A stretch of DNA of 64,000 nt from Candidatus Aenigmatarchaeota archaeon (GCA_016931255.1 JAFGFG010000009.1:164661-228660); one strand, 5' to 3'; numbered from the stretch's first letter, positions 9,286 to 18,525 are shown. A program made the numbers and translations. Notes: generated from the sequence alone by a model not told the origin.

Positions 9286-9840
9286 TTATTTTTCTCTTAG
9301 CGCGATTATATGCTTTCTCAGCTTTGCTGTCAGTCTGTCCCATTTCAGCCAGCACAGCCATATAACCAGCACAACTGCAAGCAAACCCAGTTGCCACAGC
9401 CAGTCGTGGACGAACATTGCCGTGTCGTAGCCATACAATGATTCTGTGAAGACAACCGCAAGAATCCTCAGGAGGTTGGCAGCATATATGAGCGGGATTC
9501 CCACAGCAAGGCCGAGCAGCTTCCTCCTGTAGCCTGCTTCCATGGTCGCGAACATGAGTGCGAACAGCAGCATCATGGATTTCCAGCCTGTGCAGTCCTC
9601 TCCTATATAGAAAGTGAAGGGTTCTCCCGGACCGCATACGAGTACGAGTCCCATGCTGCTGACGTCGAATCCGGAAGCTGATATGAGCCATTCGGAATGG
9701 GCTGCGACTGCCTGCTGGAGAGGAAGCATGCTTATGCCAAGCACAATCACGAGGTAAAGCGGAACTGAAAGCAGGATGAGCCTTACCACGAAGAGCAGCA
9801 GTCTGACTAGTTTTTCATTCTCAGGAACTTTCAGAACCAT
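9286..9840 (-). CDS. Short exosortase/archaeosortase-family-like polytopic membrane protein (putative)
   Basis: It has about five TM helices. The segment EDCTGWKSMMLLF resembles the C-[ST]-G-x-[RK]-S Cys motif of exosortases, and the downstream AANLLRI has the conserved Asn and Arg. It is the first gene of the pilin-like operon. Confidence 0.4.
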   Translation of the reverse strand: MVLKVPENEKLVRLLLFVVRLILLSVPLYLVIVLGISMLPLQQAVAAHSEWLISASGFDVSSMGLVLVCGPGEPFTFYIGEDCTGWKSMMLLFALMFATMEAGYRRKLLGLAVGIPLIYAANLLRILAVVFTESLYGYDTAMFVHDWLWQLGLLAVVLVIWLCWLKWDRLTAKLRKHIIALREK

Positions 9841-9882
9841 ATAAATTATAATGGCGTTATATCTTTATAGAAAGGTGATGTA

Positions 9883-10188
9883 ATGACAAGCAGATGCGAG
9901 AAAGCTGTTCATGACATTTTCCCTGTAGCCAGGGCAATGATAGCCAAGAGGCTTGTTGATGTCTACAAGTTTTCCCAGACCAGGTCAGCGAAATACATGG
10001 GCATATCCCAGCCTGCCATATCGCAGTACAGGAAGAACATGCGCGGCAATAAGAAAACCTCATTCATGGATGACGCAGGATTTCTGGATGTGATAAATGA
10101 AATTGCAAAAGGCATAGCCGAGGGAAGCATAAAGCCCGAGCAGGTAGATGACAGTATGTGCAGGATATGCAGGGAAGTTCAGAAGTAA
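9883..10188 (+). CDS. Small HTH transcriptional regulator
   Basis: The segment YMGISQPAISQY is a helix-turn-helix. It is divergent from the pilin operon, and an SD (aggtga) lies 6 nt upstream. Confidence 0.55.
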   Translation: MTSRCEKAVHDIFPVARAMIAKRLVDVYKFSQTRSAKYMGISQPAISQYRKNMRGNKKTSFMDDAGFLDVINEIAKGIAEGSIKPEQVDDSMCRICREVQK

Positions 10189-10234
10189 ACCCAAACATAT
10201 TTAAGTTATTATTACAATTTATTACAATTCGATT

Positions 10235-11362
10235 GTGATTCTTATGGCAAAAAAATCAAGGGAAAAGAAAAGAAAAGCCGATGCTGCAAAGAAGGCAGAA
10301 CCCGTCAAGGCTGTTGCTCCGAGTTCCCCTAAGAAGACCTGCTGCAGGCATGCGCCAAAGCAGATATTCCTTGCCATTGCTGTTCTTGCTGCCGTCGCAT
10401 TGATCTCATGGTACGCAGGTTCCATGATGTCAGGCAGCGGCCCGGCAGACGCCGGAGATGATGTTGTCGGGGACAAGGTGGTCTCATTCCTCCAGTCAAG
10501 GCTTGCTGTATCATATCCGGGCATTGAGGTCGAGCTCGCGGGAGTTGAGGACTACCCGAACATGACAGACACTTATGAGGTCATGGTCAGCATAACCTAT
10601 CAGGGCCGGACACAGGAACTTCCGTATTATGCTTCAAAGGACGGTAAGCAACTGTTCACCATAATAGGCGACCTTGACGAGGTCATTGAGGCATCTGCAC
10701 CAGCCACACCTTCAGAGAACACAGGTGACTTGTGTTCACAGCTTGGCATAACTAAGAGTGAAAAGCCAAGTGTTGAAGTATTCATAATGTCCTATTGCCC
10801 TTACGGGCTCCAGATGCAGAAGGCGGTGCTTCCTGTCATGACGCTTCTTGGCGGCAAGGCTGACATGGAGATAAAATGGGTATACTACATAATGCACGGA
10901 CAGAAGGAAATAGACGAGAATAATATCCAGGAATGCATAAAAACAGTGTATCCGGACAAGTATATTGATTACGCAACGTGCTTCACAGTCAGCGGAACAA
11001 GTGATGAATGCCTTACACAGGTTGGAATTGACAGCGCGACAATAGACACGTGCATAGCAGCACTTGACACAGAGTTCAGGATAAGCGAGCTTTACGCTGA
11101 CCAGAGCACATGGCTAAGCGGAAACTATCCATTATACAATGTTCATGCCGAAGACAATGCAAAGTACAGCGTTGGAGGCTCGCCGACAACAGTGATAAAC
11201 GGAAAGGTTGTCTCAGTGAGCAGGTCACCCGAGGCAGTCAAGCAGGCAGTCTGCTGTGCATTCACGAACCCCCCTCCTGAGTGCGACACAGTGCTGAGCA
11301 CAGCATCCGCATCAGCAGGAATAGGTGGCGGAGCAGGCGCTGACACAGCCGCAACCTGCTAA
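10235..11362 (+). CDS. Membrane-anchored thioredoxin-fold (DsbA-like) protein with a degenerate CPYG motif
   Basis: A Lys-rich cytoplasmic N-terminus is followed by a TM (IFLAIAVLAAVALISWY), the extracellular segment VFIMSYCPYGLQMQK, and a C-terminal Cys and Gly-rich tail. Confidence 0.4.
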   Translation: MILMAKKSREKKRKADAAKKAEPVKAVAPSSPKKTCCRHAPKQIFLAIAVLAAVALISWYAGSMMSGSGPADAGDDVVGDKVVSFLQSRLAVSYPGIEVELAGVEDYPNMTDTYEVMVSITYQGRTQELPYYASKDGKQLFTIIGDLDEVIEASAPATPSENTGDLCSQLGITKSEKPSVEVFIMSYCPYGLQMQKAVLPVMTLLGGKADMEIKWVYYIMHGQKEIDENNIQECIKTVYPDKYIDYATCFTVSGTSDECLTQVGIDSATIDTCIAALDTEFRISELYADQSTWLSGNYPLYNVHAEDNAKYSVGGSPTTVINGKVVSVSRSPEAVKQAVCCAFTNPPPECDTVLSTASASAGIGGGAGADTAATC

Positions 11363-11368
11363 GAATAA

Positions 11369-12223
11369 TCAGAATTCTATTCCCGATGACTTGAGCACAT
11401 CAGGTATCTTTTCTATGATGTCCGTTGCCAGAAGTCCCGGCCCCATTTCATCCTTGGAGAGGTCGCCCGCGCTTCCGCAGACGTAAGCAGCCGCTCCCGC
11501 AGCTTTCATTGAATCCAAGCCCATTGCAAGGAACGCGCCGCATATGCCCGCGAGCACATCGCCTGTGCCTCCGACTGTCATGAAAGGGTTCCCTGTTGAG
11601 TTCACCATGACCTTCGTGCCTTCTGCTATGACATCCTTGTATCCCTTGAGAAGCACAGTTGACCTGAATTCTTTCGTGAATCGCGTTGCCTCTTTAATCC
11701 TACCCTCGACCTTGCTGTAGAGCCTGTGACCGCTGAGATTGAAGAACTCCTGCGAATGCGGGGTTATCACCCATCCCTTCCTGAGCAGCTTCTTGTCATC
11801 GCTTATCAGATGGAGCGCATCAGCGTCTATGACGCAAGGCTTTTTGAGGTACGTAAGGAATTCATGCACAGCATCCTTCGACATTAACGTCCTTCCGAGC
11901 CCGTTCCCTATCAGGACGGCATCATGCTTCTCTGCGAGGGATTCAAGATGAGAGGTGTTTCCTGTGTTTATGTAATCCCCAAACAGCGGCTCGACAATGA
12001 GATTCGGGGAGAATGATGATATCACATCAGCAGCAGATTCCGGTGCTGCTATTGTGACGATGTCCACGCCTGAACGCAGCGCAGCCATTCCCGCAAGCGC
12101 AGGGGCGCCCTTGTATTTTCTGCTGCCGCCTACTATCAGCAGCCTTCCGTGGTCGCCTTTCCTGTCCCACTGGTGCCTTTTCGGATAGCACTTCAGAAGG
12201 AAGTCGGATGTCACTGTCTCCAT
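11369..12223 (-). CDS. nnrD: ADP-dependent NAD(P)H-hydrate dehydratase (YjeF C-terminal domain)
   Basis: The motifs DHGRLLIVGGSRKYKGAPALAGMAALRSGVD and GTGDVLAG are hallmarks of the carbohydrate-kinase-like YjeF_C domain. Confidence 0.8.
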   Translation of the reverse strand: METVTSDFLLKCYPKRHQWDRKGDHGRLLIVGGSRKYKGAPALAGMAALRSGVDIVTIAAPESAADVISSFSPNLIVEPLFGDYINTGNTSHLESLAEKHDAVLIGNGLGRTLMSKDAVHEFLTYLKKPCVIDADALHLISDDKKLLRKGWVITPHSQEFFNLSGHRLYSKVEGRIKEATRFTKEFRSTVLLKGYKDVIAEGTKVMVNSTGNPFMTVGGTGDVLAGICGAFLAMGLDSMKAAGAAAYVCGSAGDLSKDEMGPGLLATDIIEKIPDVLKSSGIEF

Positions 12224-12257
12224 ATTTAACTATTGTTCATCCCTGCTAAAAAAGTTC

Positions 12258-13166
12258 TCACTTCCAGTACGGGTTCTTTATCATCTTGTATGCAGCGTAA
12301 ACAGCCTTTTCCCCGGTTGCGAGCGCCTGAGGTATTCTTTTCAGCGATGATATCATGTCTCCGGCTGCGAAGAGTCCTTCAACACTTGTCATGCAGTTTT
12401 CGTCGACTTTCACAGAGCTTCCCTCAGCCGTGATTCCAAGCTTTTCAAGGCATGAAGTCGAAGGCAGAGAGCCTATGCATATGACAGCATTGTCTATTGA
12501 CAGCTTCTTCTTTCCTTCCTTTCCGGACAGCACAGCGCCTGAGAGCTTGTCTTTTCCGGTGAAATTAACAACCTCGTGGCTCCAGAGCATCTTGACGGAT
12601 GATCTGGATATGCTTTCCCTGTTCTCGTCAGTTGCCCGGAGCTCATCCTTCCTGTGTGCCATCCATACATTCGCACCTGCTTCCTCAAGCCCGAGTGCGC
12701 AGTCAGCTGCTGAGTCGCCGCCGCCAACAACGAGCACATTCCTTCCCTTCATTTCAGATGGGTCTGAGACAGAGTATGACACTCCTGTGAGGTCCTCTCC
12801 CGGAACGCCCAACTTCCTCGGTGTCCCCCTTATGCCTGTGGCAACTATCACAGTCCTGGAATCGTAAATGCCCTTGGAGGTCTTCACTGAGAAGTGGCTG
12901 CCTTTCGTTATCTCCAGCACGCATTCATTCTCTTTTATCTCCGCGCCGCTGTCCATGACATGCCTCACTATGACATCGGATATCTCCCCTCCCTTCTTCT
13001 TATGGAAACCAAGGAATGAGTCAACACCCTTCCACGGGTAACTCTGTGACAGGGCACCGCCTGCTTTGTCAGCCTCTATGACAAGCGTCCTGAGCTTCAG
13101 GTAATGTGCATCCAGGGCTGCAGCGAGACCACCAGGCCCTGCGCCAACGATGATAAGGTCGTACAT
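12258..13166 (-). CDS. FAD/NAD(P)-binding oxidoreductase, thioredoxin-reductase-like but lacking the redox CxxC
   Basis: It has LIIVGAGPGGLAAA (FAD GxGxxG) and a second VVGGGDSAADCAL. At the TrxB CATC position it reads VSYSVSD. Confidence 0.65.
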   Translation of the reverse strand: MYDLIIVGAGPGGLAAALDAHYLKLRTLVIEADKAGGALSQSYPWKGVDSFLGFHKKKGGEISDVIVRHVMDSGAEIKENECVLEITKGSHFSVKTSKGIYDSRTVIVATGIRGTPRKLGVPGEDLTGVSYSVSDPSEMKGRNVLVVGGGDSAADCALGLEEAGANVWMAHRKDELRATDENRESISRSSVKMLWSHEVVNFTGKDKLSGAVLSGKEGKKKLSIDNAVICIGSLPSTSCLEKLGITAEGSSVKVDENCMTSVEGLFAAGDMISSLKRIPQALATGEKAVYAAYKMIKNPYWK

Positions 13167-13237
13167 AGACTGTTATTGGCGAAAGGATTAAATAATTTTT
13201 TAAAGAATGAACGTCAAAAGAAGTTATTGGTGCTCTT

Positions 13238-14158
13238 ATGGAAAAGGAGATGAAAGGTACAATTCTGGCGCTTCTGACAGCGCTCATAAGCGGCGTGTCG
13301 ATAACAGCCAACAAGGTTTTCGTCGTGGGCATAGACCCCACTGTCTTCACATCGGTCAGGGCGCTGATAATAGGGCTCGCATTCCTTGTGATAATAGCCT
13401 ACACAAAGAAGTTCGACACGAAGCAGATGACAGCAGCTTTCAGGACAGCTGACTGGAGAGCGCTTCTCGCAATAGGCATAGTCGGCGGGGCAGTCGCATT
13501 CCTCATGTTCTTCTCAGGACTTCAGATGACAACAGGCGGCCGCGCATCGTTCATACACAAGACGCTTCCGATATACGTGGCCCTCCTTTCGTACTGGTTC
13601 CTGAAGGAGAAGATACCCATCAGGCAGACCTATGCGCTCATCATAATGCTCCTCGGCACTGTGCTGATATTCGGCTCCGCAATAGAGCCTTCAGCCCTCT
13701 GGTCGAACCCCACGCTCGGCGATGCCCTTGTACTTGGCGCAACAGTAATGTGGGCGGTTGAGAACACCATAGCGAGGAAGACCATGCTCAAGGGGGAGAC
13801 CAACTGGATAGTCGCGTTCTCAAGGATGTTCATAGGCGCGCTCATACTGTTCGGAGTTGCGGGACTCACCGGAAAGGCCGGTATGCTCATGGCACTGACA
13901 ACCACCCAGACAGTGAACATACTCATATCCACGGGATTCCTGTTCGGCTATGTGTTCTGCTGGTACTGGGCGATAAAGCTTATCAACGTTTCAAAGGCGG
14001 CAACAATACTGTTATTGGCTCCGGTCATATCAACTGTGGCAGGCGTGCTTGTGCTTTCAGAGCCGGTGCCGATGGTGCAGATGCTCGGCTCGGCGCTGAT
14101 AATTGCGGGAGCATACGCCGTGACAACCGTAAGAAGCGAGATGGCAACAGGCGTATAA
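13238..14158 (+). CDS. EamA/DMT-family transporter (10 TM)
   Basis: Two repeated five-TM halves with the typical EamA hydrophobic pattern. Confidence 0.7.
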   Translation: MEKEMKGTILALLTALISGVSITANKVFVVGIDPTVFTSVRALIIGLAFLVIIAYTKKFDTKQMTAAFRTADWRALLAIGIVGGAVAFLMFFSGLQMTTGGRASFIHKTLPIYVALLSYWFLKEKIPIRQTYALIIMLLGTVLIFGSAIEPSALWSNPTLGDALVLGATVMWAVENTIARKTMLKGETNWIVAFSRMFIGALILFGVAGLTGKAGMLMALTTTQTVNILISTGFLFGYVFCWYWAIKLINVSKAATILLLAPVISTVAGVLVLSEPVPMVQMLGSALIIAGAYAVTTVRSEMATGV

Positions 14159-14174
14159 AAAACAACTAAGAAAA

Positions 14175-14783
14175 TCATTTCTTATTCTTCTTGGAAGCTT
14201 CCATCTTTATGGCCTTCACAGGGATTCCGAGCTCTTCAAGGCTTACCTTGAATTTCGCAAGTGCTGTATGGATTTCTTCCTCTTTCCTGGCTCCGGTGCA
14301 GATTATCTTTCCGGTTCCGAAGAGCAGGAATGCCACCCGCGGGTCTGATATCCTGTAGACAAGCCCGGGGAACTGCTCCGGCTCGTATTCCGCGTTCTCA
14401 AGGTTGTATGCTATGTGCTCGAGATTGAGCTTCTCCTTTGCCTCTATCTGCGTTGAAGCCACTATGTTCTCGACTCCTGTGTGGTACTCTGTCGGAAGGT
14501 CTATGTTCAGCGCCCTCATGTCATCAACAACCTTGTTGACAGCTATTCTTGCGAATTCAGGGCTTCTTGCGCCTGTGCATACGATTTTCCCTGACGAGAA
14601 TATCAGCGCAGCTGTCTTCGGGTCCTTTACCCTGTACACGACACCCGGGAATGACTCCGGCTTGTATTCAGCTTCAAGAAGTTCCCTGGAAATCCTGTCC
14701 ATGGGGATGTCTTTCCCAAGGGTTGTGAAGACAACGACGTTTTCAATCTTTACATCAAACTTGCTTGAATTATTTACAGTCAA
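14175..14783 (-). CDS. tbp: TATA-box-binding protein
   Basis: Two direct repeats with ENIVAST, FPGLVYR and GKIICTGA signatures, plus an acidic tail. An AT-rich promoter-like stretch lies at 14790-14850. Confidence 0.95.
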   Translation of the reverse strand: MTVNNSSKFDVKIENVVVFTTLGKDIPMDRISRELLEAEYKPESFPGVVYRVKDPKTAALIFSSGKIVCTGARSPEFARIAVNKVVDDMRALNIDLPTEYHTGVENIVASTQIEAKEKLNLEHIAYNLENAEYEPEQFPGLVYRISDPRVAFLLFGTGKIICTGARKEEEIHTALAKFKVSLEELGIPVKAIKMEASKKNKK

Positions 14784-14897
14784 AGAATCACCGATATAAT
14801 ATATAGTGCGTTGGTGATATTTAAATCCTATAAAAAGGTGATACTACTGACCGATAACAAGAAACGCTAAAACGGGGGTAAAATCTCAGTGTCTTTA

Positions 14898-17069
14898 CTA
14901 ACTTTTTCCGAAATTCCTGCCTACCAATGAGAGATCATCTATGCATATAACGCCATCTTTGTTAAGGTCAGCTAATGGATTCCATTTGTCCTGTCTTTGC
15001 GGTAAACAATCGCATGAACCGCCTACAATGTAATCCGATGCACATGATTTCATTGATTTGGCTACTATTACGAGGTCTTTAACATCCACTATATCGTCAC
15101 CGTTGGCATCGCCTTTAGGCTTGCATTCACAACTTCCATAACAGTAATCGTCAATGTTGCAGTCTCCATCACTTTCACACTCAGCACCGCACTGTATGAT
15201 GTCGCATGTGTGTGTCAGCGTAACAGTTCCAGTTGTGCATACATCATTGGCTTCGTCACAGCTTGATGTGAATCCCGGGAACCAGTCCCATGTGAATGCT
15301 ATGCTGTCAGGGTCATTCGTGCATGTGGCTATTGAGAGAATATTATTGGCTGAACAATCAACTGCAATTCCAGCTTGGCAATCCAGAAGTGCGTCACATG
15401 TCTCACTGCCGTCGCACCAAAGTTCATTGTCACAGTTCCCATTATTTGGTGTATTTACTATCACATCATTTATTTCATCACAACTGTCGTCAGTGCATGT
15501 TACACCATCGTCTACAACAGGAGGAGTTCCTGCCTGACAGTCAAGGAGTGCGTCACAGAATTCATTCCCATTACAGAAAAGAGTGTCATCACAGAGAGCG
15601 TTATTTACCGAGTTCTCACATGAGTCTGTTTCCTCGTCGCACGAATCAACAGTGCAGCCTACGCCGTCCGAGCAGTCTCTGGATTCGCAACTGCATTCCC
15701 CAGACTGGCACACATCATTCACTGTGCAGAAGTTCCCGTCGTCGCAGGGCGTCCCATCATCCTTGTTGCTGCTCGTACCGGTGTCGACCCACTGCGTGTC
15801 CGTCACGGAGTACTCGCATCCTGAACCTCCACATATGTAATCCCTGTATTCCTCTTCCTTCTGCTCTTTTTCAGTGCACTCGCCGGTGGATACCCACTGT
15901 ATCTCTCCTGTGTCGTACCAGACGTCTGATGCATTACAATCCTCTGTGAGATAGAAACATGAACAGTCGCTCTCGCACGAGCCGCCGTAATTGTAGACAT
16001 CGCCTACACACTTGTCGCTGCACGGATTCTGGGAGTCGCATTCCGCACCGCACTGGGAAACGTTGCATGTGCTCGTTATGCTTACGGTTCCGGTAGTGCA
16101 CACGTCGTTCTCCTCATCGCATGCCGATACGAATCCAGTGAAAACATCCAGTGTCCAATCGTAGCCGTCAGGTGTGTAACTGCATATTGAAATCGGTTCT
16201 ATGTCATTGTTGGTACAGTCAAACGGCTGGAAGAAGCATCCGTCAGGACCCATGCATTCACCGTCATGTCCTTCGCACCAAAGACCGCTTTCAGGAAGCA
16301 GACACAATGCATCCCCATCGTCATCAATCACTCCATTGCAATCGCTATCATTTCCATCACATACTTCATCCACGCTTTCATCAGCGCTTGCACCAGGGTT
16401 CGTGGAGCAGTCAGCAGTGCTTGTTCCCGAACACTCGACCAGTCCCAGTCCGCACTTTCCAATGCCGTCGCATGTCTGGTTTATGTTCAGGCCCTGATAA
16501 GTGAAATCCTCATCACTCAATCCATCGCAGTCATCATCGAGGGCGTTGCAGGTTTCCGATGCAGAATTGTCACGCGTACCGCCCGGGTTCGACCAGCATG
16601 ATGCTGTATTTACATTAAAACACTCGACTTTACCAAAGCCACATGTACCGATTCCATAGCATCCCTGTCCGACATATCTAGACTCTTCATAAACAGGATC
16701 ATCATAATAAAATTCTTCGTCTGTACTGCCGTCGCAGTCATTGTCAAATGTATCGCATATTTCAACGCTAGAGTTATCATGACTTCCACCAGGATTTGTC
16801 CAACAATCTACCTCATTTGTAAAGTTCTCACACTCGACTTTACCAAAGCCACATGTACCGATTCCATAGCATCCCTGTCCGACATATCTAGACTCTTCAT
16901 AAACAGGATCATTATATTCGTCTATGTATCCATCTCCATCATTGTCGATACCATCGCAAATCTCAGTAGCGGCTTTGACATTAGTTGGAGCAAAAAGAAG
17001 AACTAAAGTTACGACTAAAAGAAGAGCCAGTGGAATTGGGCTAGATTTTGTCATCTTAATCCCATCCAT
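14898..17069 (-). CDS. Secreted Cys/Asp-rich protein with MopE-like C-x-DNDCDG-x-DE repeats, internally duplicated Cys modules and a C-terminal dockerin type-I module
   Basis: It has a Sec signal peptide (cleavage after VKA) and four repeats of the form EICDGIDNDGDGYIDE / EICDTFDNDCDGSTDEE. The segment YNDPVYEESRYVGQGCYGIGTCGFGKVEC is duplicated. The C-terminus reads DANGDDIVDVKDLVIVAKSM...DLNKDGVICIDDLSLVGRNF, a paired Ca-binding dockerin repeat. Confidence 0.7.
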   Translation of the reverse strand: MDGIKMTKSSPIPLALLLVVTLVLLFAPTNVKAATEICDGIDNDGDGYIDEYNDPVYEESRYVGQGCYGIGTCGFGKVECENFTNEVDCWTNPGGSHDNSSVEICDTFDNDCDGSTDEEFYYDDPVYEESRYVGQGCYGIGTCGFGKVECFNVNTASCWSNPGGTRDNSASETCNALDDDCDGLSDEDFTYQGLNINQTCDGIGKCGLGLVECSGTSTADCSTNPGASADESVDEVCDGNDSDCNGVIDDDGDALCLLPESGLWCEGHDGECMGPDGCFFQPFDCTNNDIEPISICSYTPDGYDWTLDVFTGFVSACDEENDVCTTGTVSITSTCNVSQCGAECDSQNPCSDKCVGDVYNYGGSCESDCSCFYLTEDCNASDVWYDTGEIQWVSTGECTEKEQKEEEYRDYICGGSGCEYSVTDTQWVDTGTSSNKDDGTPCDDGNFCTVNDVCQSGECSCESRDCSDGVGCTVDSCDEETDSCENSVNNALCDDTLFCNGNEFCDALLDCQAGTPPVVDDGVTCTDDSCDEINDVIVNTPNNGNCDNELWCDGSETCDALLDCQAGIAVDCSANNILSIATCTNDPDSIAFTWDWFPGFTSSCDEANDVCTTGTVTLTHTCDIIQCGAECESDGDCNIDDYCYGSCECKPKGDANGDDIVDVKDLVIVAKSMKSCASDYIVGGSCDCLPQRQDKWNPLADLNKDGVICIDDLSLVGRNFGKS
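16621..16922. repeat. Intragenic direct repeat. Two identical 82-bp copies (16621-16702 and 16841-16922) lie 220 bp apart
   Basis: The copies begin cactcgactttaccaaagccacatgtaccgattccatagcatccctgtccgacatatctagactcttcataaacaggatc and match exactly. Each encodes one of the duplicated YNDPVYEESRYVGQGCYGIGTCGFGKVEC segments. Confidence 0.85.
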
Positions 17070-17253
17070 ATTAGATTCTTGGTTACTTGGATAATTAATA
17101 TTTATCGATTGTATTTAATACTGTGAAGTAGTTACTTATAAAGATTTCCACCCTTTTTTAAGGTGAAAAGCTTTCCAAAAATATGATTTATGTTTAAACG
17201 GTCATGTATAAATCTTATACAAGCTTATAAAACTTACTCAAATAATTTGAATT

Positions 17254-17676
17254 ATGGATTGGCTTATAATGCCAAAAAGACAGTTCTTATACGATTTCTT
17301 ATACATTTTCATATTGAAATTCAGACAAAAATCACTTTTTACTTTTGTTGGACGGGGGATGCTGCTGATGTCTGACATTCCAATGCGCTACTATAAAATC
17401 ATTGATATTCATGGCAGGCTGAAAACTGTTTACAGGCCGGTTCATATGATGCAGCCCTATGTTGATACGGGATTGGCTATGGAAAGACTTTCTGATTATG
17501 ATGGCTGGAGACGTTGTTACAAAGGTATCAGGAAAGCTGGCGGTGGAAGAATTGAGGTTGAGCCTTTCAAATGGGATCACGAGAAGATGGCAGAGGCTTA
17601 CGCGCCACTCATGGCCGCTTACAGAAAAATACTTTCAGGTCAGATATTACCGCCAGAATATAGGAGTGTAGCGTGA
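17254..17676 (+). CDS. Hypothetical protein. The start probably lies downstream at about 17359 (MLLMSDIPMRYY...), based on the composition shift
   Basis: The first about 35 codons are AT-rich promoter-like DNA. The remainder has coding-like composition and no recognisable domain. Confidence 0.35.
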   Translation: MDWLIMPKRQFLYDFLYIFILKFRQKSLFTFVGRGMLLMSDIPMRYYKIIDIHGRLKTVYRPVHMMQPYVDTGLAMERLSDYDGWRRCYKGIRKAGGGRIEVEPFKWDHEKMAEAYAPLMAAYRKILSGQILPPEYRSVA

Positions 17677-17724
17677 CAAATCCCGCATGTTTCACGATTC
17701 CTAAAAATATAGAGGTGAAATAAA

Positions 17725-17919
17725 ATGGAAATTAAATTAAAACGTGACTGGAGAGGAAATTACAAAGGAATGGAAATAACTGGTCAGGAACATGAAGTCG
17801 AGGACGTTGGCATGTACAAGAACATCATAGAGATGTACATGAAGGAAAACGATATCGAGAAGATTGAAGGCAACTCCGGATTTGACCTCGCAAATAGACT
17901 TCGCAGAGGTGACTATTGA
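17725..17919 (+). CDS. Mini-protein 1 of 5 (64 aa) in a tandem paralogous array
   Basis: Its own SD (agaggtga) lies 8 nt upstream. The stop overlaps the next start (ATGA). Confidence 0.5.
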   Translation: MEIKLKRDWRGNYKGMEITGQEHEVEDVGMYKNIIEMYMKENDIEKIEGNSGFDLANRLRRGDY

Positions 17920-18098
17920 TGGCAGATGGGGAAGTCAAAGTCACCATTACCGAAGATATCAAGTATAAGGGAGTCTTCAGGAAGAGCACAGAGTACATAA
18001 CTGAGGTGAAGATTGAAGGTGAAGGCGACCTTGGGAAATTAGCAAACAACTTCGGAACTTACATTGATAGCAGAAGCATGAATTCATATGAGGAGTGA
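17916..18098 (+). CDS. Mini-protein 2 of 5 (60 aa)
   Basis: An SD (gaggtga) lies upstream. The sequence GEVKVTITEDIKYKG...EGEGDLGKLANNF is paralogous to neighbours 3 and 4. Confidence 0.5.
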   Translation: MMADGEVKVTITEDIKYKGVFRKSTEYITEVKIEGEGDLGKLANNFGTYIDSRSMNSYEE

Positions 18099-18302
18099 TT
18101 GCATATGGGAGAGATAGAAATAAAGGTGAGAGGAAAAGTGGAAGAAAGACTATTCGGAGAAGGAGTGAAAGTCTCCGGCTCTGGAGAATTCTCGACCGAT
18201 GACCACAGTTATAGTGAGACATTAGGCTCATCTGTTCCGCATTATGCAAGCAGGTTGGCTGAAGTTTCATCTTCTCGGCATAACGAGAAGTATGAGAAGT
18301 GA
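18099..18302 (+). CDS. Mini-protein 3 of 5 (67 aa)
   Basis: An SD (aggagtga) lies upstream. The sequence GEIEIKVRGKVEE...GEGVKVSGSGEF...HYASRLAEV is present. Confidence 0.5.
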   Translation: MHMGEIEIKVRGKVEERLFGEGVKVSGSGEFSTDDHSYSETLGSSVPHYASRLAEVSSSRHNEKYEK

Positions 18303-18306
18303 TAAA

Positions 18307-18519
18307 ATGAATTACAGCGGAAGTTTCAATTTTGAAGGAGAAGCATACAGAAGAAGTGATGACCATTCAGGAGTAAGAGGTTCAGGTAATCTCTACAGCA
18401 ACGATAAAGACATCGCAATAAATCTTTCGCACTCAGTACCAGATGCCGCACAGTGGGCGGCAGGACATGCATCGGACATGGTTCGGAGCATAAGATTAAG
18501 TAAGGAAGCACATAGGTGA
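18307..18519 (+). CDS. Mini-protein 4 of 5 (70 aa)
   Basis: The start is re-set to the Met that follows an SD-like gagaagtga. The sequence SGSFNFEGEAYRR...GSGNLYSNDKD...GHASDMVRSIRL is present. Confidence 0.45.
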   Translation: MNYSGSFNFEGEAYRRSDDHSGVRGSGNLYSNDKDIAINLSHSVPDAAQWAAGHASDMVRSIRLSKEAHR

Positions 18520-18525
18520 ATAGAA

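Noticed and set aside
9176-9691. 171-aa ORF overlapping the exosortase-like gene and the pilus-operon protein
   Set aside because: The sequence is Arg/His/Cys-rich and looks like out-of-frame translation. It overlaps two well-supported genes.
9286-9840. Interpreting the 184-aa membrane protein as the prepilin peptidase of the pilin operon
   Set aside because: It lacks the DLKxRxI and GxGDxKL aspartate motifs, which are instead clearly present in 57789..58637. The C-[ST]-G-x-K-S / N-x-x-R pattern fits exosortase-type enzymes better.
16621-16922. 82-bp exact repeats as a CRISPR-like array
   Set aside because: There are only two copies, they are coding, they lie within a larger 220-bp tandem duplication of the gene, and there is no spacer/repeat periodicity. 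No CRISPR array was seen anywhere in the window.
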